Sequence record: MN988530.1
DNA: 32,000 bases
Reading direction: 5' to 3' (one strand)
Source of the DNA: Rhizobium phage RHph_N17
Position numbers and translations under genes: made by a program. Under the pieces are notes generated by a model. That model was not told the origin of the DNA, did no database searches, and saw only the letters and a program-made list of their open reading frames with translations. This document shows positions 9,840-18,040 of the stretch, piece after piece. How positions within the stretch are numbered: the stretch's first letter is position 1; the number at the start of each line of letters is the position of its first letter.

Positions 9840-10208
9840 ATGCCATACGTACAACGAAACTCAGAAGGTGGTATAAGCTGGATGTACTTAGGCTTCCGAG
9901 AAGGGTACGCTGAAGAATTTCTTCCCGATAACGACCCGGAGGTTTTGGCGTTCATTCTTTCGATGAGACCTTCTCCCGCCTACACAGTTTTTCTCCATGT
10001 GATATGGTCGAGAATGACTGACGCCGAGGCGGAATTGGTGCAACAGTCTCTTGACCTGCTACCCGTTAGAGCCCAAAACGTTATCGCGGCGTCAGACGCT
10101 CCCTTTTCTGATTCCGAGGCTTTCGGTTTGCTCCGAACAGCAATCGAAGACGCCACAAGCGCCTCCCGCGCGGATGAGATCATGGCGTGGGTTTTTGTTT
10201 TACTTTAA
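9840..10208 (+). CDS. Small protein after fiber gene, possible fiber assembly protein
   Basis: 122 aa ORF immediately downstream of the fiber gene; only positional support for function. Confidence 0.45.
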   Translation: MPYVQRNSEGGISWMYLGFREGYAEEFLPDNDPEVLAFILSMRPSPAYTVFLHVIWSRMTDAEAELVQQSLDLLPVRAQNVIAASDAPFSDSEAFGLLRTAIEDATSASRADEIMAWVFVLL

Positions 10209-10220
10209 AAGGAATCAGTT

Positions 10221-10901
10221 ATGGATCGCAAGGCATTTTTTGACAACATCCGCAAAACCATCTTCAATGGGTCGCTCACAACTTCCCAGGTGAAGGGGAT
10301 CGACGCGCTCTTGGACGCCTGCGCCCTCGAGCAGGTCGCGGACGGACGTCATGTCGCCTACGTCCTTGCGACCCCCATGATTGAGACGGGCGGGACATAT
10401 CTCACCAAGCAAGAGAGCCTGAACTACTCACCCGAGGGGTTGCGCGGCACGTTCGGCATTGCGCGGATCTCAGCAGGCCAGGCCCAGGCTTTGGGACGCA
10501 CCCCGAAACACGCGGCCGACCAGCAGGCAATCGCAAACATCGTTTACGGCGGCAACTGGGGCAAAGAAAATCTTGGCAACGTTCGGGCAAACGACGGATG
10601 GGACTTCCGGGGCCGCGGCCTTTGCCAAATCACGGGTCGCGCGAACTATGAGAAGTTCGCCAAGCTGCTTGGGCTTCCGCTCGATACGAACCCGGATCTC
10701 GCAATGCAGGTTGACATTGCCGCCAAGATCATGGTAGTCGGCATGCGTGACGGCCTCTTTACAGGTCGCAAGCTGGGCAACTATTTCACTCCTGTAAAAT
10801 CCGATTGGGTCAACGCCCGTCAAATCATCAACCGCTTTGACCGGGCTGAGGATATCGCCAATTACGGGCGCAAGTTCTTCTCCTGCATCTCGAGCTCCTG
10901 A
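10221..10901 (+). CDS. Endolysin, GH19 chitinase-like
   Basis: 226 aa; AYVLATPMIETGGTYL...NRANDGWDFRGRGLCQITGRANYEKFAKLLG type pattern (observed VRANDGWDFRGRGLCQITGRANYEKFAKLLGLPL) of GH19-like phage lysins; SD-like AAAGGAA upstream. Confidence 0.85.
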   Translation: MDRKAFFDNIRKTIFNGSLTTSQVKGIDALLDACALEQVADGRHVAYVLATPMIETGGTYLTKQESLNYSPEGLRGTFGIARISAGQAQALGRTPKHAADQQAIANIVYGGNWGKENLGNVRANDGWDFRGRGLCQITGRANYEKFAKLLGLPLDTNPDLAMQVDIAAKIMVVGMRDGLFTGRKLGNYFTPVKSDWVNARQIINRFDRAEDIANYGRKFFSCISSS

Positions 10902-10908
10902 GGACGAC

Positions 10909-11223
10909 ATGCTGAAAGAACTGCTCAAGCGCGATTGGTTCCTGGACGAGAAGGGTGATAAGGATTGGGCCATTCGCCGGCGCATCATCATTTGGGTGCT
11001 CCTGTGGTCGGTTGCTGAGATCACTTACCTGACCATCTTCGGGAAGCCAGATTCGTTGCGCGAGACGATTGCAACGAACATCATCCTGCTCATGGGCGGT
11101 GTGATCGGATCCTACGTCTTCGGCGTCGTTTGGGATACCAAGAACAAGGCGACCACAGAGACGGCCCAAACCGCTATTCAGCAGGCCGATACCGTCAACG
11201 TTGAAACGAAGGTTGAACCATGA
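10909..11223 (+). CDS. Small membrane protein in lysis cassette, holin candidate
   Basis: From ATG at 10909: two hydrophobic segments (IIIWVLLWSVAEITYLTIF and NIILLMGGVIGSYVFGVVW) between endolysin and spanin genes. The track start at 10837 lies inside the endolysin gene. Confidence 0.5.
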   Translation: MLKELLKRDWFLDEKGDKDWAIRRRIIIWVLLWSVAEITYLTIFGKPDSLRETIATNIILLMGGVIGSYVFGVVWDTKNKATTETAQTAIQQADTVNVETKVEP

Positions 11224-11633
11224 CCGCGGTTTGGGGTCTCCTCGGCGGTCTCGCCGGTATTGCTCGCATGATCGCGGCCGGGGCAATCGTCGCCGTCGCT
11301 TTGATTCTTTACTTCACCTGGGCCGTCATTCCCGCCCGGGAGGAAAAAGCGCGTGAGGGCTACGTCCTGTTGACACGGGCGACGACCGCCGAGGTGATGG
11401 CGCAGACGTTGCGCGACCAGCTCAAGGCGCAAAGCATCGTGATCGATGCCTACCAAACCCAATACAGGAACGAGTTGGCGAAACAGGCCGAAGAAGACGC
11501 CGCAGCCGAAGCAAGGATTAAAGAATATGAAGCGGTCCAACCTCCTGAGCGTGACGATAGTGTCAATAGCGATGAGCATGACTTCATCATGCGCGAGAGA
11601 CGAGCTCGTAAAGCAGCTCCAAACGGACGCTAA
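11220..11633 (+). CDS. i-spanin (Rz-like)
   Basis: 137 aa; N-terminal TM segment followed by a charged alpha-helical periplasmic region; ATGA overlap with the upstream gene; contains a nested Rz1-like ORF. Confidence 0.65.
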   Translation: MTAVWGLLGGLAGIARMIAAGAIVAVALILYFTWAVIPAREEKAREGYVLLTRATTAEVMAQTLRDQLKAQSIVIDAYQTQYRNELAKQAEEDAAAEARIKEYEAVQPPERDDSVNSDEHDFIMRERRARKAAPNGR

Positions 11634-11853
11634 GAAGCAGGGGCAAATCAATGCAGGGATCAACCTGCCGCCCTATCCTGCCGAGTGCTACGAAGACGAA
11701 CCATACATCCCGGTGTCGGTCGGCGATAAAAAGGTCGCCATCATCGTCCGCTCTGACCGCGCTATCGATCGAGCGAACGACCGCAAGAACAGATGCGGCC
11801 CCGTGTTTTATGGCAACGTCGTCAAACAATTCGACACGTCCCACGCAAAATAG
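11527..11853 (+). CDS. o-spanin (Rz1-like lipoprotein), nested start in a different frame
   Basis: From ATG 11527: MKRSNLLSVTIVSIAMSMTSSCARDELVKQ, a signal sequence followed by a lipobox-like Cys; starts inside the Rz-like gene. Confidence 0.6.
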   Translation: MKRSNLLSVTIVSIAMSMTSSCARDELVKQLQTDAKKQGQINAGINLPPYPAECYEDEPYIPVSVGDKKVAIIVRSDRAIDRANDRKNRCGPVFYGNVVKQFDTSHAK

Positions 11854-12032
11854 CGCGTTAAACGTGCGCCTCCCCCTTTCCCTACCGCTTTAAAGCGCCT
11901 AAGGTCGCATGAAACAAACCATGCGCCATATGGGTTGATTAGCGGGGTCCTGGGGCGATATGACGAAAGCATCTTCTGCATCAGGAGGCGGCACTGAATA
12001 ACCATAGCACGCCGCCTGACCTTTATGAGGTA

Positions 12033-12329
12033 ATGAGCATGCAGCGGATCACATTAAGCGATGAAGATGCCGAGCACATCCGAGATTGGCAACGCCTTTC
12101 GAGCGATGAAAAAGATGCCATTAACAAACTGGCGAAGGCCCTCGGAGACGAGGCGAAGAGAAAAAGCTTATATGAGCTGCTGGCGGCTCAAAGCGAGATC
12201 GCAAATATGATTGCAATCAAGGCTCATTTGTCTTGGTTCATGGGAATGCTTTTCAAGGCCGGCACGCTGGCGACTGTGGCATTGGCTCTGGCGGGAGTCT
12301 ACAAGCTCTTTTTCGGAGGCAAGTCATAA
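12033..12329 (+). CDS. Small membrane protein of unknown function
   Basis: 98 aa, C-terminal TM segment (FKAGTLATVALALAGVYKLFF); GAGG upstream; ATG at 12039 is an alternative start. Confidence 0.55.
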   Translation: MSMQRITLSDEDAEHIRDWQRLSSDEKDAINKLAKALGDEAKRKSLYELLAAQSEIANMIAIKAHLSWFMGMLFKAGTLATVALALAGVYKLFFGGKS

Positions 12330-12946
12330 TGCTTTACATGAAGACGCTCGCTAAAGCGGTAATTCCCCGTAAGCCTCATGATATCGTGATCGTCTCCATC
12401 TTGACCACCCTGTTTACCTGGGCGGGTTTTCAGGTGCTCTTGCAATCGCCGCCCCGGACGATTGTCAACGCCGAAACGACCTGGCCCAGCTCGGTCCCGA
12501 GAGGCGGTTTCTTCTATCTCAATTTTGATTTGACTTTTGACAAGTCTTGCACGCTCAAAGCCAAGCGCATCATCACGGCGAGCGACGGCGTGGAATACCT
12601 CGCCCAGCAGGATGAAAAAGACGTGGCGGCGGGCGAGCGCCTAAGATACACGGTGACCGTTCCGGTGAGCGAATCCTTGCCGGCAGGCCCCGCGTTCATC
12701 AGATCCCAGATCAGCTATGAGTGCGACTTCTGGAGTCGATGGATCCGCAACATAACCCAGGCGGGGAGGGCACGTCGGTTTCTCATAACAGACCCGGTTC
12801 AACCCTCGGCTCTCGAGCTCGATCAAAGCGCATGCCTGCTGCCGAGGAAGCCCGGTTTTACCGTCGTCCGTGCTCATTACCGACGCGTCGCCGAGTTTGC
12901 GGCAGCAGATACTCAACCGCCCACTTCGCCGCCTGCAAAGCAGTAG
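12329..12946 (+). CDS. Membrane-anchored protein of unknown function
   Basis: ATG at 12329 overlaps the preceding stop (TAATG); one N-terminal TM segment (IVIVSILTTLFTWAGFQVLL) plus soluble domain. The ORF-track start at 12233 lies inside the upstream gene. Confidence 0.6.
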   Translation: MLYMKTLAKAVIPRKPHDIVIVSILTTLFTWAGFQVLLQSPPRTIVNAETTWPSSVPRGGFFYLNFDLTFDKSCTLKAKRIITASDGVEYLAQQDEKDVAAGERLRYTVTVPVSESLPAGPAFIRSQISYECDFWSRWIRNITQAGRARRFLITDPVQPSALELDQSACLLPRKPGFTVVRAHYRRVAEFAAADTQPPTSPPAKQ

Positions 12947-13160
12947 CGAAGCAAAGATCCCCATCAGCCCAGCCGCTGTCCGTCCTCGAAAAAGCGGCGA
13001 ATGGCGTTAGATCGCCGGGCTTGACATATAGGAAGAGGCGACTGGTGGTCAGCCGCGGCGCGTGCTGGGGAAAGGCCTCGGAGAGCTTCATCTGCTCGCC
13101 ATTTACGAACCGCACACCAGGTTTACCCCGCCATGCCTCACCGCGCTTTGCCTTTGTCAT
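12858..13160 (-). CDS. Hypothetical protein, leftmost leftward gene
   Basis: ORF from ATG 13160 preceded by GGAGAGA; overlaps the 3' end of the convergent rightward gene, so support is moderate. Confidence 0.35.
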   Translation of the reverse strand: MTKAKRGEAWRGKPGVRFVNGEQMKLSEAFPQHAPRLTTSRLFLYVKPGDLTPFAAFSRTDSGWADGDLCFATALQAAKWAVEYLLPQTRRRVGNEHGRR

Positions 13161-13243
13161 TCTCTCCGTCCGTTCATCGATCATAAGGGCGGGGCCTGGA
13201 CTGTAAGTGTTCCATGGTCCCTGCCGCCAATTTGGGGGAAATC

Positions 13244-13260
13244 GGGGCGATTGTCGCCCC
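13244..13260. terminator. Short hairpin near the convergent boundary, possible weak terminator
   Basis: GGGGCGA-TTG-TCGCCCC directly beyond the stop of the 13262-13792 gene; no strong U tract. Confidence 0.3.
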
Positions 13261-13261
13261 G

Positions 13262-13792
13262 TTATTTCGCTGCCTTGTTCGCCGTAAACCAGCGCTGATA
13301 CTGGGTCCGGGCGGTCGAGTAATTGATGCCGTGTTCCGAGGTCAGGGCGATCACGGCTTCCTTGCGCGACAGCTTCGGATTTGCCGACAGGAACTCATGG
13401 ATGAAGGCGACCGGCTTTTCCTTGCTCGACTTGTCGTAGTTCGCGACCTGCTTGTACGACTTCAACTTAGCCGGTGCCTTCTCTGTGGTCAGGATTTCGG
13501 CAACCTTGTCGGCCAACACTTGCTCTGCGATGGCGGTCATGGAATCGATAACCTGGACCAGCTCTTCGGTGACAGGCTTAGAAACGCTGACATCTTCCTC
13601 ATTCGAGGGGCGAAACGCCTGGGCGGCGAGCTCATCGGGGGTCGCTTCGAAGTCATCTTTGCCGAGCACTTCGCTTGCATCAGAGATGAACCAACGGCCT
13701 TCGGATTCATAAGCGACGGCATTTTCCATGCCGGCACGCTTTGCGCCCCGAAGGGCGGTAGACTTGGACGAGTAGGACTGAATGTTTGCCAT
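13262..13792 (-). CDS. Phage protein with C-terminal TARTQYQRW module (family member A)
   Basis: From ATG 13792 with AAAGGAACCCC upstream. C terminus KPVAFIHEFLSANPKLSRKEAVIALTSEHGINYSTARTQYQRWF matches three other proteins in the window. Confidence 0.7.
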   Translation of the reverse strand: MANIQSYSSKSTALRGAKRAGMENAVAYESEGRWFISDASEVLGKDDFEATPDELAAQAFRPSNEEDVSVSKPVTEELVQVIDSMTAIAEQVLADKVAEILTTEKAPAKLKSYKQVANYDKSSKEKPVAFIHEFLSANPKLSRKEAVIALTSEHGINYSTARTQYQRWFTANKAAK

Positions 13793-13826
13793 CGGAGGGG
13801 TTCCTTTGTTGGCGTTGCGATGATTT

Positions 13827-13855
13827 GTTATCGCATCTAGACGCCAGACAAGCAA
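13827..13855 (-). promoter_or_regulatory. Promoter candidate TTGCTT-N17-GATAAC
   Basis: Located between a leftward intrinsic terminator and the ATG at 13792; same architecture as at 23676 and 25275. Confidence 0.55.
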
Positions 13856-13880
13856 CCGAAAAAGACGCCTTTTGCAAAAA

Positions 13881-13917
13881 TAAAAACCCCGACCAGGCTA
13901 GCGGTCCTGGTCGGGGC
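13881..13917 (-). terminator. Intrinsic terminator, leftward
   Basis: Perfect 11-bp stem CCCCGACCAGG/CCTGGTCGGGG (13888-13898, 13907-13917), followed on the minus strand by TTTTTATTTTTG. Confidence 0.8.
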
Positions 13918-13984
13918 CCTTCAAAGGCAAGTTGCGCAAGAGAACGCGGCGGGGTTTCTCCTGCCTCGGCCTGCCCGAAGCCTT

Positions 13985-14383
13985 TCAGACGGGGCGGTGT
14001 TCCTTAAACCATTTCTGGTACTGGGTTCGCGCCGTCGCATAGTTGACGCCCTTGGCATGAAGCTTGGCGATGGCGTCCTTTCGGGGCATCTCCGGATTCT
14101 TGTCGAGGAACTTTTTGCAGAACTCGACGGGCCGAGCGACGGTCGACCGGGACTCGACGGCAGATTCGCTTTCAACAGGTGCGCGACCGAGATCGTTGTC
14201 ATGGGCGACGCCCTCGACCAGATGCGCAACCGAAGAAACGTCTTCGGTGATTTTTGCAATCGTCCGCTTGAACGTCATATTGACAGTCTTGGGCTTTGTC
14301 AGCCCTTGGGTGTGTTTCGCCAGCTGGTCGATCTTACGAAGCAGGACGGCAACGCGTTCTGCATTTACTACTTGTGCTTGCAT
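13985..14383 (-). CDS. Phage protein with C-terminal TARTQYQKW module (family member B)
   Basis: From ATG 14383 preceded by GGGAGA; C terminus RPVEFCKKFLDKNPEMPRKDAIAKLHAKGVNYATARTQYQKWF. Confidence 0.7.
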   Translation of the reverse strand: MQAQVVNAERVAVLLRKIDQLAKHTQGLTKPKTVNMTFKRTIAKITEDVSSVAHLVEGVAHDNDLGRAPVESESAVESRSTVARPVEFCKKFLDKNPEMPRKDAIAKLHAKGVNYATARTQYQKWFKEHRPV

Positions 14384-14435
14384 TTCAATGTCTCCCTTCC
14401 CTGTTTTGTGTGAGACGATTGCACTTACAAGACAA

Positions 14436-14464
14436 TACATCTCACGGGCGGGAATATTAGTCAA
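14436..14464 (-). promoter_or_regulatory. Promoter candidate TTGACT-N17-GATGTA
   Basis: Intergenic between polymerase and family member B; GTGAGAT context similar to the other promoters, weaker -10. Confidence 0.35.
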
Positions 14465-14472
14465 CCTTCAAA

Positions 14473-16524
14473 TCAGGCGGCGAGCTTATCCTTTTGCTCG
14501 AAGTTGTCAAGCATGCTTAACGCCCTTTCCACATAATAGGTATAGTCTATATCACTAGGGATAGTTTCGGGCATCACCATGCACGGGCGCGCGCCCACTG
14601 AACGAGGTACGAAATTCCCATTCTTCGCATTAACGATTGGCCCTCCCGCCTCGCTCGAGTAATACCAACGAATTGCTTTGCCCAGGTATTCGCCGTCCTT
14701 GAACGCGCCCCCGTTCACTCGCCGCACCTCGACAAACTTCCGCATGTCTGTGCATTCGCGAATAGTCTCATCCACAGATTTCCCCGTTGCCAAGTAAACG
14801 ATGACAGCTTCGGCGCAAATGTCGCACGTCGGATTCCACTTGAGGGGATATGCGTCGGTGATCTTGCGATATGCACCGATTGACTTGGCATACTTGAACC
14901 CGTCCTTGACCTTTTCATCCGGCTTCTCGAGCAGGGCGATATAGTTATTGACGTCCCGAGCGTAAACCGCTTTGAAGTTTTTGGACTCGAGGCCGAGGCC
15001 GGTCGCCTGCTCCCAAGCTGTCATGATTTGCTTCTTCACCTCGAGCAGGTGGCGAGGGCATTTGACGGTCACGCCATCGGTGTTTGCCGAGATGACTTGA
15101 ATGCCGGCGAGCTCGAGCGCTTCGATCAACATCAGCAATGACAGCTGCCCGGTCAAGGTGACCTGGATCATCATTTCAGGATAATAAACGACCGAATGCC
15201 CACCGCGTTCACCCGTCTTGCCGAAAGTCCCGTTGAGAACAATCTTGAGGGTTTCGGCCGTGTCCTTGTCGCCGGCCGCTTTCGCGGCAAGGCGTCGGTC
15301 GTAGATGCGCTTGAAAACCTGGAGGAATGCGGGGCCGACGTTCGGCGGGTACATCCCTTGCTGGATCATGAGCGAAGGATAATAGGATGTAACGTCGTTA
15401 TCGGACAGCTCGTAATGCTCGTCCGCGATGTGGATCATCTTCTTTTCTTGCGAGTGCAACCCGCCGATACCTATATTGTAACTCGTCCCGCCGATCACAA
15501 AAGTCAGCTGCTTCAACTCGTCGGATTCGGTCGGCGACCCGAATGCATCGACCGTGAAGACTTGCCGGTGGATGAAATCGTAAACCCATTTGAGGGTGGG
15601 CGAACTGTACTTGACGTACCCCGGCGCCCGATACGAGAATTGCCGGCCTGGCTCAATGGTTGCCCGTTTGATGAACTTCTGCCCGGTGATGCGCTTGATC
15701 TCGGCAGAAATGACAGCCTCGGCGATCTGGGGATCGGACTTTGATCTAACGTCGACCTTGTATTCCTTAGTCAAGATTTCGCGCAACTCAATTGCGGTCT
15801 TGTGCTTGAAGTACAAGAATTTGGTATTGTCAAGGTCGTTTGACCAATACCAACGAACGATGGTGATTTGATCCTCTGACAGGTAAGTGCCGGCAGGGAA
15901 GGGCAGATCGGCCATCCTGGGCGCGTGGATTCGACCAGCTGAGATTTTCAGCGACGGGCCTAGCGGGGTCAGCTCGAGCAGGTCAATGTGATCAATGAAC
16001 AATGGTTTGAGTTTGTATTCTTTATAAAAGTCACGGGGCGTCATCCCGGTGCCGTAATCCCCGCCGTTGATGAGCGCATTAGCGCAGAGAGCAAGCTCGA
16101 GCGTCGTCTTGCCGGCGAGGATCGCCACGGCAATCGGGATGTCGAAGTTCGTATCATTGAAACCAATAACGGTCAGGTTTCGCAAACACCATTCAAACTT
16201 GTTGTGCTCGATGCCCTCGAGCTTCTCTCCGGTGAGCAGTTCAAATTTTATCGTCTTCCCGGATTCGATGCTTCGGAAGCCGAAGAGGGTGTAATTCGGA
16301 TACGTCTCGATATCCCAAACAAACCGTTCTTTTGCGTTCGCCGCAGCAAGGATCTCCGGACCCGTCAACAGATCGAAGTTATAAGCGCGTGCTTCCTCCA
16401 GCCCAGGCAGGTAGTCTGGTTTCAGCCAGATCGGCTCAGGGGGTTCACGCTTGACCTTTTCCTTGGCGACACGGGGCGCAACATAGTCATCCCAAAAGAG
16501 GCCCGTTGTATCCCATCGAGACAT
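14473..16524 (-). CDS. Family-B-like DNA polymerase with 3'-5' exonuclease motifs
   Basis: 683 aa. Exonuclease motifs FVWDIETYPN, VIGFNDTNFDIPI and YWSNDLD; polymerase motifs DNDVTSYYPSLMIQ (A), LKIVLNGTFGKTG (B), SANTDGVTV (C). Confidence 0.8.
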   Translation of the reverse strand: MSRWDTTGLFWDDYVAPRVAKEKVKREPPEPIWLKPDYLPGLEEARAYNFDLLTGPEILAAANAKERFVWDIETYPNYTLFGFRSIESGKTIKFELLTGEKLEGIEHNKFEWCLRNLTVIGFNDTNFDIPIAVAILAGKTTLELALCANALINGGDYGTGMTPRDFYKEYKLKPLFIDHIDLLELTPLGPSLKISAGRIHAPRMADLPFPAGTYLSEDQITIVRWYWSNDLDNTKFLYFKHKTAIELREILTKEYKVDVRSKSDPQIAEAVISAEIKRITGQKFIKRATIEPGRQFSYRAPGYVKYSSPTLKWVYDFIHRQVFTVDAFGSPTESDELKQLTFVIGGTSYNIGIGGLHSQEKKMIHIADEHYELSDNDVTSYYPSLMIQQGMYPPNVGPAFLQVFKRIYDRRLAAKAAGDKDTAETLKIVLNGTFGKTGERGGHSVVYYPEMMIQVTLTGQLSLLMLIEALELAGIQVISANTDGVTVKCPRHLLEVKKQIMTAWEQATGLGLESKNFKAVYARDVNNYIALLEKPDEKVKDGFKYAKSIGAYRKITDAYPLKWNPTCDICAEAVIVYLATGKSVDETIRECTDMRKFVEVRRVNGGAFKDGEYLGKAIRWYYSSEAGGPIVNAKNGNFVPRSVGARPCMVMPETIPSDIDYTYYVERALSMLDNFEQKDKLAA

Positions 16525-16530
16525 GCCGAC

Positions 16531-16626
16531 CTACCGGATCTGAAATGCGCAATAAAGGACGAAGCCAAGACCGGCGACTGTGATGCCGATTCCAAAAGTT
16601 AGCATAATCACGTCTGTCCAGGTCAT
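16531..16626 (-). CDS. Micro-ORF, predicted 31 aa single-TM protein
   Basis: MTWTDVIMLTFGIGITVAGLGFVLYCAFQIR. Start overlaps the upstream gene stop as ATGA and the stop lies 6 nt before the polymerase start. Not in the supplied ORF track. Confidence 0.55.
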   Translation of the reverse strand: MTWTDVIMLTFGIGITVAGLGFVLYCAFQIR

Positions 16627-17597
16627 ACCTTTTGTCCCACCAATGCCCCGCGCAAGTTCGTGCCTCGGAATATACACGGTCGAGGGTAGGCGCTCCAATC
16701 GATTGTTTGAGCGACCTGGCCGAGGATGCTCAATTGCTTTTGCTGATAGGATTGCATTTCGGTGACCACAGGAAGGTCAATCTCAATGCTGGTTCCTTCG
16801 CCGTCGTTTCGGCTGGTCGCGATGCTCGAGCTCGTAAGATAGAGCGAGTTGCTTTCGAGCAAGAAGGGCTTGAGCGTCTCGACGGCTTCGAAGAACTCGG
16901 GCGGGAACGGCAGCTGCGGTCCATCCTCTGTGGACATGATGTCCTGCACCCTAGCCACGGGCCACATGCCGCCTTCGATCAGTTTCGACCAAAGCCATTT
17001 CTTCTCGCCCCATCGGAACGAGATCGAGTGGTCGGTGATCTGGACATTGGTCGGGGCCTCGCCGATACGAAGCAGCTCGTTGATTGCGATGTCCGGGATG
17101 ACCGCGTCAAAGGGTAAGGTCAGTCCGTGCCAGTACTCGGCGAGCATGACGTTGTTGGTCGCCAGCATCGACCCCGATTGGACTTTGATCCCCATCGCCC
17201 ACGGGCGGGATGCGTCAATGCCCATGACAGGGGCAAGGGCCTTTAGCCCGGCGTAGAACGCTTCGTTGAGCTCGACGCTATCACCCTCCGGTTCGGAATA
17301 GGTGACCGCGGTGTCGTCGGTCATGCAATCGACCAGGCTCCTGAATTTGCCCGACTTGACGGACAGCTTGCCGCCTGGGGTCATGTTCAACGCAATCGTG
17401 CCGGTGCAAGCCTTGATCGCCGCGAGCAACTTGGCGGCATTCGGATAGATGTCAAGGTCAACGTCAATGTCTGAGCTGAGCGCGATCTCACCATTGAACC
17501 CGGTGACGCGCCCGTCCTTGATCTTGAAATGGGTGAGGCCTTGAACATAATCTTTCTTGGCAACGGCCGCGGCCACAAAGCGAAGAGAGTCAAGCAT
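16623..17597 (-). CDS. DNA polymerase sliding-clamp-like protein
   Basis: From ATG 17597: MLDSLRFVAAAVAKKDYVQGLTHFKIKDGRVTGFNGEIALSSDIDVDLDIYPNAAKLLAAIKAC, reminiscent of beta-clamp N-terminal repeats; adjacent to the DNA polymerase. Confidence 0.55.
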   Translation of the reverse strand: MLDSLRFVAAAVAKKDYVQGLTHFKIKDGRVTGFNGEIALSSDIDVDLDIYPNAAKLLAAIKACTGTIALNMTPGGKLSVKSGKFRSLVDCMTDDTAVTYSEPEGDSVELNEAFYAGLKALAPVMGIDASRPWAMGIKVQSGSMLATNNVMLAEYWHGLTLPFDAVIPDIAINELLRIGEAPTNVQITDHSISFRWGEKKWLWSKLIEGGMWPVARVQDIMSTEDGPQLPFPPEFFEAVETLKPFLLESNSLYLTSSSIATSRNDGEGTSIEIDLPVVTEMQSYQQKQLSILGQVAQTIDWSAYPRPCIFRGTNLRGALVGQKV

Positions 17598-17955
17598 CAA
17601 AACCCCCTTCGAGAAGCAAATCCTTGCCGTTTTCAAAAAAGGTGTTTGCCATCATGAAAAGTTTGGTTTTCATGAACGGTTTAAGATCTTTTCGGTTAAT
17701 CAGCACAGGCAACAACATGCGAATTGCGGTTTGCAAGTACCGCTCGTTATGAAACGGCCCAAAAGTGTACCGCTTGTAATGAGGATGGGTCTTGATCGGC
17801 ATATGATGATTCCAGATCATGCAGACCGTGAAGAACAAATGGCGGGTTTCCATTTCCTCGGGAAGCCAATCCTGGCCTGTGCTGTCTCGCCAACGAAATG
17901 GACGCGCAACATCAAAGAACCCCGGAACATAAACTTCGGTTTTGGTTTCAAGCAT
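17590..17955 (-). CDS. Conserved-looking hypothetical protein
   Basis: From ATG 17955, overlapping both the upstream micro-ORF stop and the downstream clamp-like gene start by 8 nt. The track start at 17973 is TTG. Confidence 0.55.
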   Translation of the reverse strand: MLETKTEVYVPGFFDVARPFRWRDSTGQDWLPEEMETRHLFFTVCMIWNHHMPIKTHPHYKRYTFGPFHNERYLQTAIRMLLPVLINRKDLKPFMKTKLFMMANTFFENGKDLLLEGGFDA

Positions 17956-18040
17956 AGCTGCACCCAATGACAAGCGCGCCGATCACAGCGAGCAAGAAGC
18001 CGCAGCCGATCCAAAAGTAGTCGGGGCAATCGTTTTTCAT
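17948..18040 (-). CDS. Micro-ORF, predicted 30 aa membrane protein
   Basis: MKNDCPDYFWIGCGFLLAVIGALVIGCSYA with a clear SD (GAAGGAACCCCGATG); fills the gap between the dpdA-like gene and the next gene. Confidence 0.6.
   Translation of the reverse strand: MKNDCPDYFWIGCGFLLAVIGALVIGCSYA

Noticed and set aside
12721-13206. 161 aa rightward ORF at the convergent junction
   Set aside because: It overlaps the supported 12329-12946 gene in another frame, and no SD or recognisable domain was found.
15196-15744. Rightward ORFs inside the DNA polymerase region (15196-15744, 15988-16602 and similar)
   Set aside because: They are antisense to a strongly supported polymerase gene and have low-complexity, shadow-ORF character typical of GC-rich DNA.
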